Part shown: positions 29,117 through 38,579 of the stretch, in pieces
How positions within the stretch are numbered: position 1 is the first letter of the stretch
Layout of the letters: each line of letters starts with the position of its first letter
NCBI GenBank assembly: GCA_964355175.1
Contig: CAYHBZ010000002.1
Location: 119,189 to 183,188 of the forward strand
From: an uncultured Gammaproteobacteria bacterium
GTDB lineage: Bacteria; Patescibacteriota; Patescibacteriia; Magasanikbacterales; GWA2-37-8
Reading direction: 5' to 3'
Length of the DNA stretch: 64,000 nucleotides
Notes under the pieces: generated by a model
Told to the model about the DNA's origin: nothing
Databases searched by the model: none
What the model saw: the letters and a program-made list of their open reading frames with translations, nothing else
Translations under genes and position numbers: made by a program

Positions 29117-29329
29117 TTATTTTTTATTTTTACGAGTCGTACGAGTGGTGCGTTTTGCAACGTCGAGAACTTGACGTCCGCGATATGTGCCACAAAAAGC
29201 GCAAGCACGATGTGGACGGATAGTTTTACCGCATTTAGGGCAGATAGTAGCAGCCGATTCTTTGAGTCCGTGTTGAGCGGCGCGGCGGCGTTTATCACTG
29301 CTGGTACGGCGATGGCCGGGTAAACCCAT
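29117..29329 (-). CDS. rpmF: 50S ribosomal protein L32 (bL32)
   Basis: HRRTSSDKRRRAAQH and Zn-ribbon CPKCG..HRACAFCGTYRGR. Confidence 0.85.
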   Translation of the reverse strand: MGLPGHRRTSSDKRRRAAQHGLKESAATICPKCGKTIRPHRACAFCGTYRGRQVLDVAKRTTRTTRKNKK

Positions 29330-29459
29330 AGGGATTAACGTTATTTAGTAAAAAAATGAACTTGGAAAGCCAAATTACCCCTATATAATAGCATAAAAAG
29401 AAGCTTTTGTAAAGACCCCGGTTGATTTTTCTGCTCATTTGAATTAAGATAGGGGTGTT

Positions 29460-30431
29460 ATGATAAAAATTACTCAAATTCAGGACGAAAAACAGTGGCA
29501 AGAGGCCACTTTGAAGCTCGCCGCTCCTTTTTCCCATGCTTGGGACTGGGGTCAGATTTTGGTGGCTGAAGGTAGAAAAGTGGAAAGATTGGTAGCTCAG
29601 GAAGATGGTTCTGTAGTGATGACTGCTCAGGTGATCTATATGCCTATGGGCCTAAGCTTTAAATACGCTTTTTGTCCAAAAGGGCCGATTGGCAAAATGA
29701 ATGAAGAAGTTTTGGAAGCCTTTGGCGATTATTTTAAAACCAAAAAAGTTTTGTTTTGGCGTATTGAACCAACACAAAAAATTGAAAATAAAAATATAGT
29801 GAAAAGCCGTGATATCAACCCTAGTGCCACGATGATTTTGGATTTGCAAAAAACCGAGGAAGAAATTTTGTCCGGCATGCATAGTAAGACCAGATATAAT
29901 ATTAATTTGTCACACAAGAAAAATTTGGAAATAAAGAATGAAAAAAATCTTCCGGTGTTTTGGGAGCTGATGAAAAAAACCGGCGCGCGCGACGGATTTC
30001 GATTGCACGAATCCAGACACTATCAGGCGATAGTGGATTCGCGTTTTTCTACACAGATTACAGTATATATTCACGGCAAAGCTATCGCTACTATGGTGCT
30101 CGTGGGATATGGCGACACTTTTACATACTTATTTGGAGCGAGTGATCATGATTATCGCGCGATGATGGCGCCGTATATGCTGCAATGGAGCGCTATGACA
30201 CTAGGAAAAAATAACGGTTATAAATTTTATGATTTTTTTGGTGTGGCGCCAAATATTTCCGATAATGAACATTATGAATACGACAGCGAACATCAGTATG
30301 GTGGTGTGAGTAGATTCAAAAGTGGTTTTGGGGCCCAGTATACCGAGTCGCCAGGAACATTTGATTTTATTATCAATAAGTTTGGGTATAATTTATATCT
30401 GCGGTTGAGGAAGTTGAGGCAGATGATTTAA
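29460..30431 (+). CDS. FemAB-family peptidoglycan interpeptide-bridge aminoacyltransferase-like protein
   Basis: Acetyltransferase-fold repeats. The HSKTRYNINLSHKKNLEIK block is typical of FemX/FemAB. Confidence 0.75.
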   Translation: MIKITQIQDEKQWQEATLKLAAPFSHAWDWGQILVAEGRKVERLVAQEDGSVVMTAQVIYMPMGLSFKYAFCPKGPIGKMNEEVLEAFGDYFKTKKVLFWRIEPTQKIENKNIVKSRDINPSATMILDLQKTEEEILSGMHSKTRYNINLSHKKNLEIKNEKNLPVFWELMKKTGARDGFRLHESRHYQAIVDSRFSTQITVYIHGKAIATMVLVGYGDTFTYLFGASDHDYRAMMAPYMLQWSAMTLGKNNGYKFYDFFGVAPNISDNEHYEYDSEHQYGGVSRFKSGFGAQYTESPGTFDFIINKFGYNLYLRLRKLRQMI

Positions 30432-30435
30432 AATT

Positions 30436-30993
30436 ATGAAAGTTATTTTATTTGATTTTTTTGGAGTACTGTCTACACCCGCGTATATGGAAGTAATAAA
30501 AAAGTTTATTCCTATTACGCAGCAAGATAATTGGATTAAAAAGCTCGATATGTTGGATTCGGGTGATATCTCTGAGGAACAGCTGGTTGCAGAGATTTCC
30601 GCTTATTCACAAGCTTCTTCAGCGGAAATTTGGTTTGTGGCCAACAGTTCTCCGAAACTTAATCACAAATTAGTTAATTTTATTAAAAGTGATTTGAAAG
30701 CCAAATTTCAGGTTGGATTACTTACCAATATACCCAAAAGTTTAATAGAAAGAATTTTAAAACAAGAGCTAGATTTATTTGATTTTAAATTTATTTCTTC
30801 TGAATTAAAGTTGATAAAGCCAGATAAAAGAATTTTTGAGTTGGCGGTATCCAGAGTGGGTTGTCCGGTCAATGAAATATTATTTATTGACGATGGACAG
30901 AAAAATATAGAAGTTGCACAAGGTCTGGGAATAAATGTTATCTTGTATGATAATTTTAGTCAGTTGTTGAAAGAAATAAAACAATATATTTAA
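30436..30993 (+). CDS. HAD-family hydrolase (subfamily IA-like)
   Basis: Motif I ILFDFFGVL and C-terminal motif IV LFIDDGQKN. Confidence 0.75.
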   Translation: MKVILFDFFGVLSTPAYMEVIKKFIPITQQDNWIKKLDMLDSGDISEEQLVAEISAYSQASSAEIWFVANSSPKLNHKLVNFIKSDLKAKFQVGLLTNIPKSLIERILKQELDLFDFKFISSELKLIKPDKRIFELAVSRVGCPVNEILFIDDGQKNIEVAQGLGINVILYDNFSQLLKEIKQYI

Positions 30994-30999
30994 ATAAAA

Positions 31000-31025
31000 A
31001 TTCCCGACTAAGTCGGGAATTTTTA
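31000..31025. terminator. bidirectional terminator ATTCCCGACTAAGTCGGGAAT
   Basis: A-run, hairpin and T-run between the HAD gene (+) and the convergent TrmB-like gene (-). Confidence 0.6.
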
Positions 31026-31772
31026 TTATCTTCCAATAAATGGCGTAGCTGAATCCCAGGCCATATCAAACATTGTTTTCATCGTATCAGCAATTGCTTT
31101 TTCTTCTATGCGCACGGCGAAGACATTATGTCCTTGGATTTTGAAAATGACCACAATGTCGTCGTAGATAGCATTATCGTTAAAAATTCCTGGAGCTTTA
31201 GAAGCGATTCTAGAGGAGTAAGTTTTGCCGGCGATAGAAGCATAATGTTTAGAACTTTTTTGTGCTTCGGAAGTGTCGGCAATAATTTCACGGGTGCGGG
31301 TTTCATTTTTATTTACCGCTTCAGCGATTTTTATAAACATTTCTTGGAAGTTTTTTTCTACGGCGCGCAAATCGGACCAAAAGCGAATTTGGTTCGCGTT
31401 GCATATTTCTTGGTAGATTTGTTCGAGTGCTTCGCGTCCTTCCAAAAAAGATATTTTTGGCCGTCCGGACATTTGGTTTTGGATAGCCTGCAATTCGGGT
31501 ATTAAATTTTTTGCTTCTTGTAATTGGCGCTCAATCCTTTTTTCTAGCATGATTGGGTCCACGGCTTTGAAGGTTTCTTTTTTGCCAGAAGGGTATTTTT
31601 CTAGTAGGCCGTCTTTTACCAATTCTTCTACATATATATAGGCGGTTGGGCGCTTGATTTCAGCTTTTTTGGCTATATCTTGGATAGAGGCAGTGCCTAG
31701 AGATAGGGTAGAAAGGTATATTTTTGCCGCTTTTTCAGATAAGCCAATAGATTGGAGAGCTTTTAATTCCAT
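31026..31772 (-). CDS. TrmB-family transcriptional regulator
   Basis: N-terminal wHTH LSEKAAKIYLSTLSLGTASIQDIAKKAEIKRPTAYIYVEEL and a C-terminal TrmB-like effector domain. Confidence 0.7.
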   Translation of the reverse strand: MELKALQSIGLSEKAAKIYLSTLSLGTASIQDIAKKAEIKRPTAYIYVEELVKDGLLEKYPSGKKETFKAVDPIMLEKRIERQLQEAKNLIPELQAIQNQMSGRPKISFLEGREALEQIYQEICNANQIRFWSDLRAVEKNFQEMFIKIAEAVNKNETRTREIIADTSEAQKSSKHYASIAGKTYSSRIASKAPGIFNDNAIYDDIVVIFKIQGHNVFAVRIEEKAIADTMKTMFDMAWDSATPFIGR

Positions 31773-31929
31773 AGGTTTGGATATTAAATAATTGTATTTA
31801 TTATAACATAAATATATAAATTTGTCAATACTTTTGACAGATTATAAAAATAGAAATGGCTAAAATAAGCCATTTTTTAATTTATAAAACTTAAAATTAG
31901 GTAAGATAGTTTTACAAATCTGACATTTC

Positions 31930-31938
31930 TGGTATAAT
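31930..31938 (+). promoter_or_regulatory. extended -10 (TGgTATAAT) at the boundary of GC-island A
   Basis: The last AT-rich, host-like sequence before GC content jumps. Confidence 0.35.
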
Positions 31939-32048
31939 GGCTTGTTACGCTGATAACCCGCAAAGAGTGGGTTTGGCCTCTGACCGGACAATAGCGTCCG
32001 TCGTTCTTTCCCAATTGGCAGCTATGCCTTAAATAGTCAGAGGACAAG

Positions 32049-32750
32049 ATGAATTTGAAGGATTTCGCCAATCAGTTCGGTATCTCGGCCATCGCTCGTC
32101 GGCACTTCGCCTATCGCAAGCCGGTGTCCGATGCCGAACTGGGCGGGTACTCGACCCGTGGTGCGTTGACCTATATGCGGGCGCTCGAAGCGTCGCGCAT
32201 GGGTCTGTCGCACCTCGAAGCCCACAAGGCTTTCGAACAGGGTCGGCAGTTGGTGGAGCTGGGCATCACGCCCGGCTTGATCATCACCGGTTGCGATCAG
32301 CGCAACCAGGATGGTGGCCACGCCACGGCTGAAGGCATCTCCTTGGCGGGTACAACGCAGCCCTCGGTGTTCACCAGTCCCGCCGTCACCTATCCGCACT
32401 ACACCTCTTTCGAGATGGTGAAGTCGGCTCTGGAGACGCATGGCGATCTGGCTGTTCACCGCGTGCTCGCTGGCCAGCTCCACGGTATCTGGTCCGAGCC
32501 GGCGTTGGTCTTCGACGCTCGCATCCTCGCTGCGGTTCAGGCGGATTATGGGGTCGACGGCCCCGTTCTCTTTGACCTGAATTTCGAACAGATCACGTTG
32601 CTCTACTTTCGCCTTGTGCGGAAGTTGGAGCTCTGCGAGATCCCGTTCGATGACAAAGCGTGGATGCCGAAGTTGGGCGGTGGAGTCGTGATCTCCGCTG
32701 ACCGCAAGACCGCGATGGAATTCGCGGCTGACCTGACGGTCGTTGAGTAG
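32049..32750 (+). CDS. hypothetical protein, 233 aa, encoded in a high-GC island (island A)
   Basis: Stop-free ORF with high-GC codon usage (CTG/GGC/GCC/CGC) in a ~38% GC genome. SD GAGGA 6 nt upstream. No family recognised. Confidence 0.6.
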   Translation: MNLKDFANQFGISAIARRHFAYRKPVSDAELGGYSTRGALTYMRALEASRMGLSHLEAHKAFEQGRQLVELGITPGLIITGCDQRNQDGGHATAEGISLAGTTQPSVFTSPAVTYPHYTSFEMVKSALETHGDLAVHRVLAGQLHGIWSEPALVFDARILAAVQADYGVDGPVLFDLNFEQITLLYFRLVRKLELCEIPFDDKAWMPKLGGGVVISADRKTAMEFAADLTVVE

Positions 32751-32873
32751 ATTTTTATACTCGATGACAGTTGGTCAAGTTAGGGGCTGTTAGTACGCTT
32801 TCGTACTCTCAGCCCTTTGACCTTTAGTTTATTAATTCTATTAGTAAGCTGAAGGTGAAATAAATTATATATT

Positions 32874-33209
32874 ATGAATGATAAAAAAATATTGTTAAAA
32901 GGTCTTGGTGCTAGTCAAGGACAAACACAAGGGATAGCTAGAGTAATACTACCAGGAGAAAGCTTTTCTGATTTTAAAGAAGGAGAAATTCTGGTCACTA
33001 CTATTACTGATCCAACGATGGTAATGGCGATGGTGAAAGCCACGGCAATTATCACAGACTTGGGCGGAATTACTTCTCATCCAGCCATTCTTAGTCGAGA
33101 GATGGGAATACCATGTATAGTAAACACTAAAGACGCCACTAAAAAAATTACTAACGGCCAAACAATTTTCATTGATGGCCAAAAAGGAGAAATTTATGTC
33201 TTGGATTAA
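32874..33209 (+). CDS. stand-alone PEP-utilizing enzyme mobile (phosphohistidine) domain protein
   Basis: GGITSHPAILSREMGIPCIV signature with catalytic His. 111 aa. Confidence 0.8.
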   Translation: MNDKKILLKGLGASQGQTQGIARVILPGESFSDFKEGEILVTTITDPTMVMAMVKATAIITDLGGITSHPAILSREMGIPCIVNTKDATKKITNGQTIFIDGQKGEIYVLD

Positions 33210-34263
33210 ATCTTTTACACACAGTTCGTTCAATTTATTTGCTGGTAATATTTTGGACGCTTTCCAGCCGCTTGATTTTTTTCACTTTTATCCTTTGTGG
33301 CATGATTTGTGGGTGAAAAGAATTGCTGCAGTGATAAAATCTTTGGATTTGGAGAATAAAAAGTTTGCCGAAGTAAAGCATATTTTGCCGCCGCCTTCCA
33401 ATATGCGCGCTATCTTGCAAAAGTTGATCCCGTGTTACCAAGGTGTGCAAGAAAAAAATATTGAGGAGTATAAAACAGTAACCAATTTTTTTGCGCGTAT
33501 GTTGTCCGAGGCTTGTCCGACCGATCCTTTTGCGATGAATTCAAATATTGCTCATTCAGAACAAGAAATTGGTGAAATGATAAAAAGTATTCAATGGAAA
33601 TTTGGCGATTCGTATTCTGCTAAAAAGATCGGGCGTTTAATTACAGCGGCCGGTTCATTGGTGCATGGATTATATAATGATTTGGCTACAGATTTTGGTT
33701 GGGAGGCCTATGGTCCTTATATTACTGGAGAAAAAGAAACTATCTTGATCAGACATTTTCCTGATTTGCGTCCGCTTGATCTTTGGTCAGAAAATTTTGT
33801 GGCTTCAATAAAAGATTTGGCTATTTACACTTGGTATCAAGACGTAGATTGGGAAATATCTTTTGTAGGATGTCATACTCTGGTAAAAAATGGCGATCCA
33901 ATAAGCGGTATGAAAAAATTTGCTGTGGTCGCTGATGGCCGAGTATTGTCGGTAGAGGAAATCGTTTCTTTGGTAGATATATTGGCACAAAAAGCTGAAA
34001 CTCTTTACAAAGAAATTCGTATCAAAGACATTGAAGAGACTAAAAGGATGATTTTGAGACAAGAACATTATCAGTTGAAAAAAATGTTTGATGCGGCTGG
34101 GTTGGATTGGAACACGACCGCTGAGATTCATGCCCGTGTAGAGAATAAGCCGTTGCTTGATAATTTTTTACCGCGTGGGAAAATTTTAGTTAGTGTGGAA
34201 GAATATAAAGAGGAATTTGGTATTAAGTATTTTGCTAAAGAAGTGTTAGAGGTGGACTTATAA
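33196..34263 (+). CDS. hypothetical protein (355 aa), translationally overlapping the PEP-utilizers domain gene
   Basis: ATG at 33196 overlaps the upstream stop by 14 nt, in the same frame as track ORF 33172. No family recognised. Confidence 0.55.
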   Translation: MSWIKSFTHSSFNLFAGNILDAFQPLDFFHFYPLWHDLWVKRIAAVIKSLDLENKKFAEVKHILPPPSNMRAILQKLIPCYQGVQEKNIEEYKTVTNFFARMLSEACPTDPFAMNSNIAHSEQEIGEMIKSIQWKFGDSYSAKKIGRLITAAGSLVHGLYNDLATDFGWEAYGPYITGEKETILIRHFPDLRPLDLWSENFVASIKDLAIYTWYQDVDWEISFVGCHTLVKNGDPISGMKKFAVVADGRVLSVEEIVSLVDILAQKAETLYKEIRIKDIEETKRMILRQEHYQLKKMFDAAGLDWNTTAEIHARVENKPLLDNFLPRGKILVSVEEYKEEFGIKYFAKEVLEVDL

Positions 34264-34270
34264 AAATAAA

Positions 34271-34298
34271 AACCTCCGTTTGATAACGGAGGTTTTTT
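34271..34298 (+). terminator. rho-independent terminator
   Basis: AACCTCCGTT-TGATA-ACGGAGGTT followed by TTTTT. Confidence 0.6.
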
Positions 34299-34303
34299 GT
34301 TGA

Positions 34304-34350
34304 AGATCCCTCACTTTGTTCGGGATGACAGTGTTTGTGTGGAATGACAA
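34304..34350. repeat. GTCATCC..GGATC intergenic repeat, copy d (reverse orientation) plus extra GGAATGACA half-site
   Basis: GATCCCTCACTTTGTTCGGGATGACA matches the reverse complement of copy b at 24/27 positions. Confidence 0.4.
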
Positions 34351-34353
34351 TTT

Positions 34354-36822
34354 TTACAGCATCGTCACACTTACCACTTTATCATCAGTCTCTTTGAATC
34401 TCATCAAGCGTACACCCTGAGTGGCGCGGCCGGAGGAGGAGATGGATTTGAATGGCAGACGGATGACTTGGCCTTTGGCGGACATGATCAAGAGATCTTT
34501 GTCTTGCTCCAGTACCGAGTCTACGACTTTGGCAAAGGTGAGGTTGCCGGTCTTGGCGGTGATTTCAGCAGTTTTGATACCACTACCACCACGACCCTGG
34601 ACTTTATATTCATCCAGCTCGGTGCGTTTACCGACACCGTTTTCACCTACGGTCAAAAATTCTAATGATTTATTTTTTGGATCTACCACATCCATGCCGA
34701 TTACTTCGTCGGTGCCTTTGAGGCGCATGCCGCGCACACCGCCGGCAGTGCGACCCATTTCACGCACATCTTTTTCTTTGAAGTGAATCGCTTGGCCTTG
34801 TTTGGTGGCTATCATCACTTCGTCATTGCCGGTAGTTGGTTTGACCCATTCAAGGTTGTCATCGGCTTTGAGTTTGAGGGCAATCAATCCACTGCGGCGG
34901 ACATTGGCAAAATCTTCTAAGGCACATTTTTTGATATTACCGCGAGTGGTGACCATTACCAAATATTTAATGTTGGTGAGATCATTCATGCCAAGTAAGG
35001 CAGTCACTTTTTCATTTGGGGCAAGCTGTAAGAAATTTACGAGCGCTTGTCCTTTCGCAGTACGAGAAGCCTGAGGAATGTCATAAGCCATGAGCTGGAA
35101 CACGCGACCACGGTTGGTGAAGAATAAAATGTTATCATGAGTATTGGTGCTCAAAAGATTTTGCACACTTTCTTCTTCTTTGGTGTTCACTCCGATCACG
35201 CCTTTGCCACCGCGAGATTGCTGGTGGAAAGTATCCGGTGGCAAGCGTTTGATATAGCCATCGGTGGTGACCATTACTATAGTTGGTTCATTTGGGATCA
35301 AATCTTCGGTAGTAAATTCTTTTACACCGTGAGCCACGATCTTGGTGCGGCGTTCTTCACCAAATCTTTCTTTGATCTCCGCAGTTTCAGATTTTACAAT
35401 TCCCAAGATTTTTTTGGCCGATGCCAAGATGCTTTCCAATTCTTTGATGATAGCGCGTTTTTCTTTTAATTCATCTTCGATTTTTTGTCTTTCCAAGTTG
35501 GCCAACTGTTGGAGTTTCATTTCCAAAATGGCAGTGGCTTGGCGATCCGAGAATTTAAATTTAGCCATCAAGTTTACTTTGGCTTCTTCTTTATCGCTAC
35601 TAGCGCGAATCAATTTGATGATCAAATCAATCTTGTCGAGCGCCATGGATAAGCCTTCTAATATATGTTCACGATCTTTGGCTTTATCCAAATCAAATTG
35701 AGTGCGACGACGAATTACAACTTGGCGATGTTTGATAAATTCTTCCAAGATGTGTTTGATGTTGAGAATTCTTGGTTGGATGCCATCTACCAAAGCCAAA
35801 GAATTGTAATGGAAGGTAGTTTGTAAATCAGTTTGTTTGTAAAGCTGGTTGAGAACTTTTTGTGGGTAAGAATCTTTTTTCAATTCAATCACCACACGTA
35901 CGCCATCTTTGTTGGATTCATCGCGCAAGTCGCGGATGCCTTCCATTTTTTTCTCTTGTACCAAGTTGGCGATCTTTTCTATCATCTCCGCTTTGTTTAC
36001 TTGGTATGGTACTTCCGTCACTACGATCTGGAACATGCCGCTCTTTTTCGCTTCTTCAATTTCAGCCTTGGCACGCACTACCACTCCGCCTTTACCAGTA
36101 GCGCAAGCGGCAAAAATATCTTTCTTATTATAGATGATACCGCCGGTTGGGAAGTCTGGTCCTTTGATAATATCGCAAAGTTCTTCGATAGAAGTATCTG
36201 GATTTTCAATAAGCTGGGCGATACCATCACAAAGCTCAGAAAGATTGTGTGGAGGAATAGAGGTGGCCATACCAACTGCGATACCCATTGTACCATTGAG
36301 CAGAAGATTTGGCAGTTTGGTTGGCAATACAGTTGGCTCATTGTGAGAGCCGTCGTAAGTAGGGATGAAGCTAACAGTATTTTTTTCAATATCAAAAAGC
36401 ATCTCTTCGGCAATGGAGCGCAAGCGAGCCTCGGTATAACGCATCGCCGCCGCACTGTCGCCATCCATGCTACCAAAGTTACCTTGACCATCTACCAACA
36501 TATGGCGCATGGAAAATTCCTGAGCCATACGCACCATCGCTTCATAGATGGAGGAGTCACCGTGCGGATGGTATTTGGCCATCACTTCACCGACTACATG
36601 GGCGGATTTACGGTATTTATTGTTGTGACGCAAACCAATATCCCACATCGCATAAAGAATACGGCGGTGCACTGGTTTGAGACCATCACGCACATCTGGT
36701 AAGGCACGAGAAATAATAACACTCATCGCGTATTCCAAATATGATCTTTGCATTTCACCGACAATCGGGGCGTTGATAATTTTTCCTATATCGTTGGTTG
36801 GTATATCAAGTTTATTTTGCAT
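34354..36822 (-). CDS. gyrA: DNA gyrase subunit A
   Basis: Active-site region [24 protein letters not shown] and a C-terminal beta-pinwheel. Start at MQNKLD; the track's 30-codon N-terminal extension overlaps the upstream gene and is rejected. Confidence 0.9.
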   Translation of the reverse strand: MQNKLDIPTNDIGKIINAPIVGEMQRSYLEYAMSVIISRALPDVRDGLKPVHRRILYAMWDIGLRHNNKYRKSAHVVGEVMAKYHPHGDSSIYEAMVRMAQEFSMRHMLVDGQGNFGSMDGDSAAAMRYTEARLRSIAEEMLFDIEKNTVSFIPTYDGSHNEPTVLPTKLPNLLLNGTMGIAVGMATSIPPHNLSELCDGIAQLIENPDTSIEELCDIIKGPDFPTGGIIYNKKDIFAACATGKGGVVVRAKAEIEEAKKSGMFQIVVTEVPYQVNKAEMIEKIANLVQEKKMEGIRDLRDESNKDGVRVVIELKKDSYPQKVLNQLYKQTDLQTTFHYNSLALVDGIQPRILNIKHILEEFIKHRQVVIRRRTQFDLDKAKDREHILEGLSMALDKIDLIIKLIRASSDKEEAKVNLMAKFKFSDRQATAILEMKLQQLANLERQKIEDELKEKRAIIKELESILASAKKILGIVKSETAEIKERFGEERRTKIVAHGVKEFTTEDLIPNEPTIVMVTTDGYIKRLPPDTFHQQSRGGKGVIGVNTKEEESVQNLLSTNTHDNILFFTNRGRVFQLMAYDIPQASRTAKGQALVNFLQLAPNEKVTALLGMNDLTNIKYLVMVTTRGNIKKCALEDFANVRRSGLIALKLKADDNLEWVKPTTGNDEVMIATKQGQAIHFKEKDVREMGRTAGGVRGMRLKGTDEVIGMDVVDPKNKSLEFLTVGENGVGKRTELDEYKVQGRGGSGIKTAEITAKTGNLTFAKVVDSVLEQDKDLLIMSAKGQVIRLPFKSISSSGRATQGVRLMRFKETDDKVVSVTML

Positions 36823-36823
36823 A

Positions 36824-37417
36824 TTAGTTTTTGGTAGTGGTAGGAATAGTGGATGTATTAGAAAGGGTGGAGGTAGTGCTGGTCGGTGTGGTAATGGCGG
36901 CGCTGGTGGCACTAGTAGTATTAGTAGCTGATGACGCAGTTTGTTTTTTTAGTGCTTCCGCCAGTAATTCTTTTATCTGTAATTTTGTCAGTTGATTTTG
37001 CAAATCATTTTGTTTTTCGGTTTGAAAAGCTTGATTGAGATCAGTAGAAGTTTTATCTATGATTTTTTTCTCTTCAGTTTTTTTCCAATTAATAGTGGTG
37101 AAATTGGACCACAGTGAATATCCCCAGAAAAATACTATCGCCACTAGCAGTACGGCCATGCCAGCATAAAACCAATAAGTCATCTTGTTGTGGTGCGAGA
37201 GTTGTTCGGTCACAAATTTTTCGCGGATGCTTTGTTTTGATTCAAATTTTTTTTCTGGAATTTTTACCGGCGGTTTTTCTATCACTGGTTCGGCTTCTTT
37301 TTCTGCCGGCAAATCACGCGTCATGCGGATATTATTATATATCAGCGACGGCATTGGTTTTTTTTCCGGTTCCCCTAGATTTTCTTTTTTCTTTTTGCCT
37401 CCTTTTTTGGCTGGCAT
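36824..37417 (-). CDS. hypothetical single-TM protein with Thr/Ser-rich C-terminus
   Basis: Lys-rich N-terminus, one TM and a [18 protein letters not shown] tail. Its stop abuts the gyrA start, suggesting translational coupling. Confidence 0.55.
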   Translation of the reverse strand: MPAKKGGKKKKENLGEPEKKPMPSLIYNNIRMTRDLPAEKEAEPVIEKPPVKIPEKKFESKQSIREKFVTEQLSHHNKMTYWFYAGMAVLLVAIVFFWGYSLWSNFTTINWKKTEEKKIIDKTSTDLNQAFQTEKQNDLQNQLTKLQIKELLAEALKKQTASSATNTTSATSAAITTPTSTTSTLSNTSTIPTTTKN

Positions 37418-37420
37418 ATT

Positions 37421-38035
37421 TTAATAATTTTTTTCTAACACCATTAATTTTGTTTCGCCACTTGGTAAATCTTTTTTCTTCAGAATTAATTTTTTGTCAG
37501 TCAGTTCGGCCTTGAGTCCACTCACTTTGATGAAATCAGAAAGCGGACGTACTTTTGGATCAGTGTCACATTGGTAGCCCATTGGGATCACAATACGTGG
37601 TTCGATAGCAGTAATCAATTCCGACGCTTCTTCTGGTGACAAATATTCTTTGCTATCGCCAACGGCAATAATCAACACATCTGGTGTGCCAAGTTTTTCA
37701 ATAGTAGCGTCGTCAATTTTTTGAGTAATTTTGCCCAAATGCACGACGTTCAAATTTTCAGCATTGATTTTAAAAATCTGTCCGCCTTCTACCGGCAGGG
37801 AATAGCACATTACGCCCTTGACTTCGCATTCACCAAAAGTAGAGATAATAAAAGGATCTTGAGAGGTAGTAGCCGCACCATCTAGGCCATGGCTGTATAG
37901 GGCCATTTGGGGAGTGAAACTACGAGGAAATTCGCCATTATCGGGTTTGTAAGCATCGATTAATACCACGACCTCTTCGTCTTGGTTTTTGGTCTGCAGG
38001 CGCACGCAGGTTTGTCCGAGCCAGGAAATGTGCAT
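37421..38035 (-). CDS. MBL-fold metal-dependent hydrolase (UPF0173-like)
   Basis: N-terminal HISWLGQTCVRLQT resembles MBL-fold UPF0173/UlaG-like proteins. Confidence 0.55.
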   Translation of the reverse strand: MHISWLGQTCVRLQTKNQDEEVVVLIDAYKPDNGEFPRSFTPQMALYSHGLDGAATTSQDPFIISTFGECEVKGVMCYSLPVEGGQIFKINAENLNVVHLGKITQKIDDATIEKLGTPDVLIIAVGDSKEYLSPEEASELITAIEPRIVIPMGYQCDTDPKVRPLSDFIKVSGLKAELTDKKLILKKKDLPSGETKLMVLEKNY

Positions 38036-38202
38036 ATTTTGCTGAAATTAGCGTTTAAAATGGATAAAAAATGACTAGTAAAATTATACCATAAGGCCTT
38101 TTTGGGCGCAAGGCTAAAATGACTGTTTTTGGGTTGACATTTTGGAGATTTTATAGTAGTTTTTAGTCATGGCCGCAATCCCGCGGTTGGAGATTACAAG
38201 TC

Positions 38203-38340
38203 ATGATGCCTGGGGCTGTGAAAATTCTTCCTGAGTGGATAGGTTTTGTAGTTGATTTCATCATCGATCATCCCAAGAAATTGGGTTTTCTGATCGGCCT
38301 GCTGATTGTAGGAGGCGCCGTTTGGTGGCTCTGCTCTTGA
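38203..38340 (+). CDS. possible 45-aa small membrane peptide
   Basis: MMPGAVKILPEWIGFVVDFIIDHPKKLGFLIGLLIVGGAVWWLCS with a C-terminal TM. Lies in a locally GC-richer patch with GGAG upstream. Speculative. Confidence 0.3.
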   Translation: MMPGAVKILPEWIGFVVDFIIDHPKKLGFLIGLLIVGGAVWWLCS

Positions 38341-38468
38341 GCCTCCATCCGTCAACGCGCTCCCCCGACTTGGTCGGGGGCGGGAAGGAAGTTAAAACCA
38401 CCCACTACTCACTTTGGGGCTAAGATTTGGCCATAGAGTGAGGAGGATTTTCGGGTGGTTTTGCTTTC

Positions 38469-38497
38469 TTGACAAAATAGCTCAAAAGGTATATAAT
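38469..38497 (+). promoter_or_regulatory. perfect consensus sigma70 promoter TTGACA-17-TATAAT for rpsA
   Basis: TTGACAaaatagctcaaaaggtaTATAAT. The leader contains hairpin TCCTGA-CTAAGA-TCAGGA. Confidence 0.6.
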
Positions 38498-38579
38498 CAC
38501 CTCATAAAATTAAACATTCAAGCCAGCCCAATTTAGTGGCTAGCACTCTATCCTGACTAAGATCAGGAAGGGATAAGCA

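Noticed and set aside
36823-36912. 30-codon Pro-rich N-terminal extension of the gyrA track ORF ([15 protein letters not shown]..)
   Set aside because: It overlaps the C-terminus of the upstream gene in another frame. The canonical GyrA start MQNKLD lies at 36822, directly after the upstream stop.
38127-38160. TTGACA-containing promoter-like sequence upstream of the 45-aa peptide ORF
   Set aside because: The spacing to any plausible -10 (TATAGT/TAGTAG) is off by 3-5 bp, so it is not convincing as a promoter.
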